DNA from: Octopus sinensis
Lineage: Eukaryota
Reading direction: 5' to 3'
NCBI RefSeq assembly: GCF_006345805.1
Contig: NW_021824734.1
Location: forward strand, 1-17,839
DNA: 17,839 nt
Position 1 is the stretch's first letter. Every line of letters starts with the position of its first letter. Shown piece by piece: positions 8,671 through 17,046 of this stretch. A program made the translations under genes and the position numbers. The notes beneath the pieces were generated by a model. It saw nothing but the letters and a program-made list of their open reading frames with translations, was not told where the DNA came from and did no database searches.

Positions 8671-9894
8671 AATGCACTACTACTATATGAAATCATTCTC
8701 CCTGTCCCATAAGCATTGGTCCACAAAATTAGCAGCTAAAATCTTGTCTGAAGTATATTCTTACTGAATCAATTGGCTTTGCTTCAAAGAAATTTTGATA
8801 TGTGACTTTGCCACTTAAATTGTCTATCTATTTTGCCCTGTCCATAAATGATACTACACTCTGTCTTCTCTTAGACTTGATAAACTAGCCTATAAATTAA
8901 AACTGAACTCTGCCCCATTAATAAATCTAAATAACAGAAATAATCAGTGATAAGCAGTGTCTTTTTTGAAAAAAATTCTTTGAAAAAACTGTGATGTTGT
9001 TGGTAAAACATATTCCTGGTCAATCTCCTTATCCTCTTCGTGATTTTGGATAAAAAATTATACAAATGAGTCCTTCGAATTTAACTAAATTCTATATTTT
9101 TATGCAGCTGAAGATTGATTTATATCTTAAATTGATGTAATGTTTGCATTTTTCAATTAAATGGAGTCGCATGAAACGATCGTACTGCATTACCTCTGGA
9201 TATCCTTGTTGCTTATTTTGATATATCTATATCTATATCTATATATATACGTATTATGTATGTATGTATGTATGTATGTATGTATGTATATGTATGTATG
9301 TATATATCAATGCACATTTTTTATTTCTCTCTTTTGCACCACTGCTCTCTTTCATTTTGCACTCCACTCATTCTCATGTCCTTACGTTCTTTCTGTAAAG
9401 CGATATAACTAATCTCCCCATTCCGTAATCCAATCTTTTGTTCTCTTATTTTCCAATTATTTTTTGCAATTTTTAGCTGAACGATTCAAACATCAGTTTC
9501 TGTACAGCTCAATTACGTCTCGTTGTTGTTGTTGCTGTCATCATTGTTGTTGTCATTTTTATCATTTAGACTCAAGACACCAATAGTAGATCAAAGGTAT
9601 GCCAGCCGCAAATATCCCATCTTTTTGTATTTGGAGAACTATATTATCTCATATTTTTTAAAGATAATATTTTATGGATTTTGGTGTATTTGAAAGGTGT
9701 TAGCTGCTATTTTGCAAATTGAGCAAACACATAGAGTTCTCAATATTACATCAATATAAACAGTGAAAGCTATGTTTCGTTGATGAGCTCAGAATAGGAA
9801 GGAACATAAGGAGATGTGACTAAATAACTACGGCTCTACTAATTCAGTTACTCCACCACTCTCAATGTGTTTAATTTCATCAACAATTATGGAC

Positions 9895-10032
9895 AGCAAA
9901 TTGACAGAATCAGTCGAGTACCAAACAAAATACCTTGGTTACTTCTCGCATTTTAAGTTCAATCCTTATAGAGGGCGACCTGCTCTTTCATTTCCGGTAA
10001 GGAATAGCGATGGGTCGATGAAATAAGTAACA
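9895..10032 (+). mobile_element. Highly degenerate SINE remnant (third family)
   Basis: Ordered fragments cagaatc, aaaatacc, agttcaatcc, ctttcat and gggtcgatgaaataagta match the order in the 17047-17776 units. Confidence 0.35.
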
Positions 10033-10306
10033 ATAACATTCTGTTTAATAATCAATCGCTAGAACTCCTTTCCTGTGAATTTATAGATTTCCGCCAACTA
10101 GAAAATTCAATAACTTTTCCTTTTTCAGTCTCAAATTTCTATTCGTTTATTGTATTTGATTAAGTCGTACATTGACCAACATTAATCCTAATCGATTATC
10201 CGGATATCGCTTACTTTACAACCATCCACTGCAATAACAACAACAGTAATAAAATGATTTAAAACTTGAATAAATAAAACCTACTTTTCTCCTTTCTGTT
10301 TTCCAG

Positions 10307-10528
10307 ACAAATAGAAGAAGGAGTTACAAGCCAAGAACAGCAGAAGAAAGTACTTTGTCAGAAAAAGAATTTCAACGATAATTTTTGTCCATCTTGCTGT
10401 CGAGCGTTTGGTTATATTTTCAACCGAAAGCAGATATGTTTACTGTGCCAGTCAAGTGTATGCAAGTCCTGTAGCCATTACAGTTATTACCACAGCCGAT
10501 ACATTTGCCACGTCTGCGTGAAGAAAAA
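10307..10528 (+). CDS. MYRIP: Slac2-type Rab effector, second coding exon: zinc finger of the Rab-binding domain
   Basis: Acceptor ctttctgttttccag (AG 10305-10306), donor AAA|GTAAGT (10529), 222 nt, phase 2-2, in frame with the previous exon. Translates (K)QIEEGVTSQEQQKKVLCQKKNFNDNFCPSCCRAFGYIFNRKQICLLCQSSVCKSCSHYSYYHSRYICHVCVKK, with four CxxC pairs (CPSC, CLLC, CKSC, CHVC). Confidence 0.95.
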
Positions 10529-11154
10529 GTAAGTGATATGGCGTGCTTCTTGCATTGCCAATAATACATGCCTTTTTATCACACGGACTCGAAAAAAATG
10601 GTTAGCGCTCTTGGTGTGCCAAGCTAGCACTCACAACTCGTCAAAACCCCATGCATATATTTTTTTTTCTCTTCTGTATTAATAAAAGCGAAATTCTCTC
10701 TGTCCTTCTGGGACCCTTGTACCTCAGTCTACATTTTTCGAATCAGATAAATGACATTCGCTTCGTTAATCTTACGTCGAAGTATGAACTTTGGGACAAA
10801 TTGGCCAGCAGCTGGAATTCAACTTGGGACTGGAACAATAGAATGATTGCATTACAGAATTAATTCTCATCCGTCCTTAACCTCTGATCAAACACCATCG
10901 AGGCATATAATCATTATAGACGTATTGCAGTCATGCTATTTAGCTCTCTTTAAATTTTGGGCCACAGGCTCAATTAGCCCACCGCAGGAGCGAACTTAAA
11001 AGTCTGCATGGAGTGCAGCTTTTAAGCTAGTAAGTAATGAATTTTAATGTATGGAAGGAAATATGCGACACATTATCGCATATTTCAAGTTGCTTATTAC
11101 TGCTCTTGAGTGATATAACTCGGCATGAAAATAAATGAATGCATAAATAAATAG

Positions 11155-11295
11155 GCTCAGCTTTGAAGCTACATGACTTCAGGTTCAGTCCCACTGCACA
11201 GTAAATTGGGCAAGTGGCTTCAACTATAGCCGCGGGGCCGATCAATGCCTTGTGAGCGAATTTGATGGATGGAGACTGAAAAAAATTCGTGGTAT
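11155..11295 (+). mobile_element. Diverged 5' half of an OR-like SINE
   Basis: GGTTCAGTCCCACTGCA (11182), TTGGGCAAGTG, CTATAGCC, GCCTTGTGAG.GAATTTG, GACTGAAA, then (TACA)n. Confidence 0.75.
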
Positions 11296-11302
11296 AATGC
11301 AT

Positions 11303-11381
11303 ATATACATACATACATACATACATACATACATACATACATACATACATACATACATACATACATGCATACATGCATACA

Positions 11382-11415
<34 letters not shown>

Positions 11416-11430
11416 CATACATACATACAC
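11303..11430. repeat. (TACA)n array
   Basis: Directly visible. Confidence 0.95.
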
Positions 11431-11808
11431 GTGCAGATCTAAATATCCCTTTGAAAATCAAAAAGAGGATATCTCTTTATAACTGGTTCGAAACCTCCAG
11501 CTTCTATGTTCAGACTACGGATTCATATCCATACCAATAATGATTGGAGCACTAAGTTTTGTTAGTAAATGCTTAAAGAAGAATCTGGATAAACTGGGAT
11601 TTTCAGAAAGAGAAACTGGCCGACTGATTCGTACATTACAAGTGCAATCTGTGAGCGGAACAGTAAAAATATGCAAGACTTTTTTCAAGTTCCAAAAAGT
11701 GAATTTGTCTCTATTAACTACATCCCATTGATGGAGCTTTGTATCTTTGCTGGAAACCGGCTCCCTCCTCAGTGGAAGATTTGTGATAATTAAAAAATTG
11801 AAGAGACA
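11431..11808 (+). mobile_element. 3' fragment of an RLE-type (R4/Dong-like) non-LTR retrotransposon
   Basis: With one frameshift and one stop it reads ADLNIPLKIK/KEDISL*LVRNLQLLCSDYGFISIPIMIGALSFVSKCLKKNLDKLGFSERETGRLIRTLQVQSVSGTVKICKTFFKF. This is the IP(I/V)(I/V)GAL...LQ.....GT.....K.. C-terminus typical of R4/Dong-clade ORFs. A short 3' UTR follows, and both flanks are (TACA)n. Confidence 0.75.
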
Positions 11809-11886
11809 TACATGTACATACATACATACTTACCTACATACGTACATATATATATATATATATAAAGTGTACTTCCCATTTTGTAT

Positions 11887-11938
<52 letters not shown>

Positions 11939-11972
11939 TGTATGTATGTATGTATGTATATATGTATATGTA
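11807..11972. repeat. Compound (TACA)n/(TA)n/(TATG)n array
   Basis: Directly visible. Confidence 0.92.
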
Positions 11973-12333
11973 TAAGAGTGATAGAGAATTGTAGTGAACC
12001 ATAACCTTGGACCCTACTAAAAGATTACCTGGAGTTCTTCACTAATCTAATATTGTTAGCTTGGTGTGCCAACAGAGAGCTTATGAAGTATTGATAATCC
12101 CTCACTATTTGTTCTCTCTCCCCCTCTCTATATATGTATAGGAAAGACAAGAGACAAGACACACATTTGACTGTCCCCTGTCAAAGCTCGTTTCTCCAGC
12201 GTTCGTTCTCCACTTCATATCGTTATGGCTTAACAGCCCTTACCGTTTGTTGTTACTGTTTTGTTCTTAATGTCCTGTTTTTGTTACCAATTTAACCCTC
12301 TGCAAATCACAAATTTTATTTAATTTTCTTTGC

Positions 12334-12418
12334 GGGAACGACTGTTTTAACGAAGTCGCGTCTTGTCCCTACCTTCGAAAACGCGGAGTAGATAAAATAG
12401 GGAACAACTGATGAAGGG
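12334..12418 (+). ncRNA. Degenerate hammerhead-ribozyme-like motif (Penelope/retrozyme-type)
   Basis: CGAAGTCGCGTC (12351-12362) is followed directly by TTGTCCCTA (12363-12371), which pairs with TAGGGAACAA (12398-12407) lying directly before CTGATGA (12408-12414). This is the stem I geometry of a hammerhead. The core deviates (GAAG for GAAA, no clear stem II). Confidence 0.5.
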
Positions 12419-12984
12419 ATTGTTCTTTATGTTGCCTGTCTCGTTTCTCTACTTGTTTCTTTCGTTATTCGAAAAAAGTTCGTTTTCCATGTTTTTGTTT
12501 TTTACGTTCTCGTTTTCATTTTGCTCACGTTTTTTTGACGTCCTGTACCCATATATGCATGTATATATGCATATATGTGTAGGTATGTACATATATGTAT
12601 GCATATATATATATATATATATATAAAGATAAGATCCAGGGATCTAGCTATAGGAAGTTTGTAATCCTCAAGCAGTGCGTGGCAGGTATAGAAAAGAAAA
12701 AGTGGACAGTGTTCAATCAAGAATATTAACAATTTATTGGCATCAAAAGTTACACACTTTTTCCCATATCGAAAATATAGGGAAATTCGATAAGCTGAAA
12801 GTTTCAACTGCCATCTGCGGTGAGTTAACTTGGAAATTCCAAGCGACAGTGTAACCTTCATTTAATCAAGGTTAAGTGCTCTTCGTTGAGTAATTATTAC
12901 ACCAGAGGTTCAGCTAGCTAAAAAACATATGTCGCCTGCATTTTACCCGCTCCACTCTCTAAATTTGGATAATATGTGTGTATA

Positions 12985-13280
12985 TCACGTGATCACGTGA
13001 CCGACCAGTCCATCAGATGTAGTTACACATCGCTGGTCACAATGCGTTCGCATTGTTTTAGCCTTCGAATGACGCCACCCCGCTGGCTAAGCGAGCAGAC
13101 CAACAGAAGAAAGAGTGGTGAAAGAGTACAGCAGGGATCACCACCATCCCTGCCGGAGCGTCGTGGAGCTTTTAGGTGTTTTCGTTCAATAAACACTCAC
13201 AACGCCCGCTCTGGGAATCGAAACCGCGATCCTACGACCGCGAGTCCGCTGCCCTAACCACTGGGCCATTGCGCCTCCAC
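12985..13280 (-). mobile_element. Full-length tRNA-derived SINE, second family, tail TCACGTGATCACGTGA
   Basis: On -: GTGGAGGCGCAATGGCCCAGTGGTTAGG (A-box) ... GGTTTCGATTCCC (B-box) ... ends GGTCGGTCACGTGATCACGTGA. Flanked by a TSD-like TGTGTGTATAT (12975-12985, 13282-13292). Confidence 0.88.
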
Positions 13281-13520
13281 GTGTGTGTATATATGTATTT
13301 GTGTGTCTGTGTTGTATTTGCCCCTCCCCACAGCGCTTGACAATCGGTGTTGGTTTCTTTACGTACCCGCGACTTAGCGTCTTGTCAAAATAGACCGATA
13401 GAATAAGTATCAAGCATTAAAAAAACAAAAAAAAAAACGCGCTGAGGTCGGTTTGTTCGACTAAACCCTTCAAAGCGGTGTCCCAGCATGGCCACAATTC
13501 AATGTCTTGAACAAGTAAAA
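13281..13520 (+). mobile_element. 3' half of the same OR-like SINE family
   Basis: Collinear with 13835-14027 (gcttgacaa, gaccgatagaataagta, gtcg.tttgttcgac, gcggtgtcccagcatggccaca, acaagtaaaa). Confidence 0.85.
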
Positions 13521-13557
13521 CACACACACACAAAAAAGACGAATAATTCGAAACTAA

Positions 13558-14027
13558 GGTGCAGGAGTGGCTGTGTGGTAAGTAGCTTGCTTACCAACCA
13601 CATGGTTCCGGGTTCAGTCCCACTGTGTGGCACCTTGGGCACTTATCTTCTGCTATAGTCTCGGGTTGACCAAAGCCTTGTGAGTGGATTTGGTCGACGA
13701 AAACTGAAAGAAGCCCATCGTATATATATATATATATATTATATATATATATGTGTGTGTGTGTGTGAGAGGGAGAGAGAGAGAGAGAGAGAGTGTGTGT
13801 GTGTGTGTGTGTGTGTTGTGTGTGTGTGGTGTGTCTGTGTTTGTCTCCCCTACCATCGCTTGACAACCGAAGTCCGTGCGTTTACGTCCCCGTAACTTAG
13901 CAGTTCGGCAAAAGAGAACCGATAGAATAAGTACTAGGCTTACAAAGAATAAGTCCTGGCGTCGATTTGTTCGACGAAAGGCGGTGCTCCAGCATGATCG
14001 CAGTCAAATGACAAACAAATAAAAGAA
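13558..14027 (+). mobile_element. Full-length tRNA-derived SINE (octopus OR-like, CORE-type head) with internal microsatellite
   Basis: A-box TGGCTGTGTGG (13568-13578), B-box GGTTCAGTCC (13611-13620), CORE-like CCTTGGGCA, internal (TA)n(TG)n(GA)n 13721-13835, body ...GATAGAATAAGTAC..., tail GCGGTGCTCCAGCATG...CAGTCAAATGAC, A-rich end. The family name is from recall. Confidence 0.85.
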
Positions 14028-14492
14028 TATAAAATAATAATGTATGAATAAATAAATAAAGAAAGAAAGAAATAATATAGAAAGCAAAATTTAGACATCA
14101 GGTTTTCCTCTTACCTTTCTCTTACCTTTCTCTTACCTTTCAGTGATTCATTTTTAACTTTTTCAATTATCTCCTGCTGCTTGTTCTTTTTTCTTTTCTT
14201 TTTTTTTTCTTTCTTTCTTTCTCCAACTAAGAGGGAAATTTCAATACATTGTAATGAAATAAACGCTATAACACAAATATTGTTTCTAGCAAGGTAACAA
14301 ATTAAATCTGTACACCTGTTTCGAGGAGGGGTTAAACATTATTAAACAATGATTAAGTCAACCAGAGGCGAAGGGAAGCAACTCAGTTTTTCCTTTTCTT
14401 TCTTTCTTTAATAATTTGATGCCCTACCATTCCAGTCAATTATTGCACGAGAAAATTAATATCTAATTATTCTCTTATTTTTTGTATTTTAG

Positions 14493-14617
14493 TGAACTCC
14501 GTTCTATGTCTTTGGAGTGGTTCTACTCCAAAGTAAGCAAGCGGTTCAGAAGTTTCGGCAGTGCTAAAGTGGTGCGAGCCCTTTACAAAAAGAAGGCGGT
14601 ATTACAGAAACATGTTT
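14493..14617 (+). CDS. MYRIP: Slac2-type Rab effector, third coding exon: SHD2 (3' boundary uncertain)
   Basis: Acceptor ttttttgtattttag (AG 14491-14492), phase 2, in frame. Translates (N)ELRSMSLEWFYSKVSKRFRSFGSAKVVRALYKKKAVLQKHV, matching SLEW(F/Y)Y..VK.RFKRFGSAKV of MyRIP/melanophilin. Preferred donor TTT|GTACGT at 14618; alternatives at 14599 and 14614. Confidence 0.9.
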
Positions 14618-14655
14618 GTACGTATACATATGCATATACATATTGTTTATTGTTT

Positions 14656-14656
<1 letters not shown>

Positions 14657-14712
<56 letters not shown>

Positions 14713-14724
14713 GTGTGTGTGTGT

Positions 14725-14762
<38 letters not shown>
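14657..14762. repeat. (TA)n(TG)n microsatellite
   Basis: Directly visible, about 40 nt downstream of the third coding exon. Confidence 0.95.
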
Positions 14763-14767
<5 letters not shown>

Positions 14768-15547
14768 CGAAATGTACAGTATTATATGTCCATTACAGCC
14801 GATCTTACCAATCGGTTTCGCGCTCGAGATTGAACGGAGTGTTAGGTAACAATCTGATTATGTAACCCTACGCTCATCAGAGGTAGAAGGATATGAAATG
14901 AAATATGGCGACTGCTCTCTTCCTTTATATATATGTTTCAATAAAACCACAATCTGTGACTAAAATGTTATTGCATTTTCTGCGAATAGTGACACTCCTC
15001 TTCGAGGAAATATATTTAAATTTAATTTACAATACTTTAGGAATTGTTTAATCAGAAAGGGAAGCTACGGATCTGATTTCGACCTACTCTAATTTCTCAT
15101 GTATGATGCGAAAAACTTTATACAAAACATTAGAGTACAGGCTACTAAGTAGCATTATAGTTGAGTGCAATTTCTACATATATACACATGAATGTGCGTG
15201 TGTGTGCGTGCTTTGTGAGTATGTGTATGTATGTGTGTGTTGGCATTGTAAGATGTGTTGCGATATTTTCGATACAGCTTTGTACTTAAGCACACACGGC
15301 AATTGTATTTTATTCAGCTCCTCTAAAGTCGGAGCTGCGCATGCTCTCTTGCTCCGGATCGCTTATTGCTTGTCTTGGGGCCATCATGATGGAAATCGTG
15401 GAGGCATCGTCGTGATATACAGCATGTCTTTGATATTTAAACCTGGTAGAGTCCATTGCTCTCCCAGTTTGAGTGCACACAATTTCTACAAGAGAGAAAG
15501 GAGGAGGAGGAAGCGGCGGAGGGGGGGATGACAAGGAGAAGAAGAAG

Positions 15548-15665
15548 AATCAACCCCCAGTACCGGACTGGTACTTCATTCATGGGCTCCAAAAGGGATG
15601 AAAAGCAAAGTTGACCCCGGTGAGATTTGAACCCTGATAGCTGGAACAAATACCGTAAAGCATTC
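15548..15665 (-). mobile_element. Diverged fragment of the third SINE family
   Basis: aatcaacccccagt...ctggtactt...ggatgaaaagcaaagttgaccccggtgagatttgaac is collinear with 17466-17560. Confidence 0.7.
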
Positions 15666-15742
15666 TATCGAACAACCTTACAACACTGACAACTCAACGA
15701 CGCGCGCGCGCGCACATGAATAATTGTAATTACTTATCATGT

Positions 15743-16128
15743 GTGGAGGTGCAATGGCCCAGTGATTAGGGTAGCGGACTCGCGGTCGTAAGACCGCGCT
15801 TTCGATTCCCAGACCGGGCGTTGTGAGTGTGTTTATTGAGCGAACATACCTAAAGCTCCACGAGGTTCCGGCAGGGGATGGTGGCGAGTCTTGCTGTATT
15901 CTTTCACCACAACTTTCTCTCAACTCTTACTTCCTGTTTCTATTGTACCTGTATTTCAAAGGGACGGCCTTGTCACTCTCTGTGTCACGCTGAATCTCCC
16001 CGAAAACTATGTTATGGGTACACGTGTCTGTGGAGTACTCAGCCACTGGCGCGTTAATTTCACGAGCAGGCTGTTCCGTTGATTCGGATCAACCGGAACC
16101 CTCGTCGTCGTAACCGACGGATTGCCGC
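15743..16128 (+). mobile_element. tRNA-derived SINE, same head as 12985-13280 but a different 3' tail
   Basis: 15743-15910 aligns to the reverse complement of 13115-13280. The sequence then diverges completely and ends ...GGAACCCTCGTCGTCGTAACCGACGGATTGCC. Confidence 0.85.
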
Positions 16129-16352
16129 GACTTATGATGTAGACTTGGATATAAGTATATAGTAAAAAAAGAATTGCATAAGACAATACTAAAGCCGTCT
16201 AATTAATTAAATTATTTGATTACTTAATACCATCTTCACGAACATATTTAAGCTTACTCTACCTTGTTATTAGAGGCTATAAAATTTGGCAGGAGAAAGA
16301 TTACGATTTCGATTATGCTGGCTCTTACTTACCAATTGTGTTACAAACACAA

Positions 16353-16516
16353 CTCCTCCTCCTCATCATCATCATCATCATCATCCGCCTCACCCTCCTC
16401 ATCCTCCTCCTCATCATCTTCCCCCTCCTCCTCCCCCTCATCATCATCCTCATCCTCCTCCTCATCATCCTCCTCACCCTCCTCCTCCTCATCATCATCG
16501 TCATCATCATCTTCCC

Positions 16517-16547
<31 letters not shown>

Positions 16548-16815
16548 CCTCCTCCTCCCCATCATTATCATCTACCCCCTCCTCCTCCTCCTCATCATCA
16601 TCGTCATCATCATCCCCTTCCCCTCCTCCTCCTCATCTTCCCCCTCCTCCTCCCCATCATTATCATCTAACCCCCTCCTCCTCCTCCTCATCATCATCAT
16701 CTTCCCCCTCCTCCTCCCCTCCTCCTCCCCTCCTCCCCTCCTCCTCCTCCTCATCATCATCTTCTTTGCCCCCCCCCTCCTCCTCCATTGTAATATTTAA
16801 TATCATCATCATCCT
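16353..16815. repeat. Mosaic (CCT)n/(CAT)n/CCC trinucleotide low-complexity tract
   Basis: Directly visible; strongly pyrimidine-biased on +. Confidence 0.95.
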
Positions 16816-16955
16816 CAACATTGCAATACACTCCTACCATTTACATTGTCATCATCAGTAAACATTTTTTCCCACCCATCTTCCTATTTAGCTTCTCCAA
16901 CGTCATCTTCTCTTTGCCGTCTCCCCGGAGAGTGGCTACGTTTAATGGCTAATCT

Positions 16956-16969
16956 GTTTCCATGGCAAC
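16956..16969. promoter_or_regulatory. RFX X-box motif
   Basis: GTTTCCATGGCAAC, one mismatch from the perfect palindrome GTTGCCATGGCAAC. Motif match only. Confidence 0.45.
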
Positions 16970-17046
16970 AAGGAGCGAAGAAGCTCTAGTTTGCTATTTC
17001 TGTTATGTAATATCGATTTCAAGCTATTTTGGCACAACGACAGCAA

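Noticed and set aside
8690-8880. Minus-strand text that reads like decayed coding sequence (DNLSGKVTYQNFFEAKPIDSVRIYFRQDF)
   Set aside because: Multiple stops and no recognisable family.
10651-10863. 70-aa non-repetitive ORF in intron 2
   Set aside because: No domain similarity and no compatible splice sites recognised.
13558-13630. tRNA-like A/B boxes considered as tRNA genes (also 13200-13280 and 15743-15810)
   Set aside because: No complete cloverleaf, and each continues into SINE body and tail.
15318-15445. Candidate next exon (ttttattcag ... CCTG|GTAGAG), GC-richer, with NRF1-like TGCGCATGC at 15336
   Set aside because: Only the phase-2 entry frame is open, incompatible with the preferred phase-1 or phase-0 donors of the previous exon; the peptide is unrecognisable.
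16264-16861. Ser-, Pro/His-, Arg/Met- and Asp/Glu-rich ORFs up to 191 aa
   Set aside because: Open in several frames on both strands, as expected for CCT/CAT repeats; no convincing splice sites.
16892-16990. Candidate next exon after cccacccatcttcctatttag
   Set aside because: The phase-1 frame hits TAG before any good donor, and there is no similarity to known Slac2 sequence.
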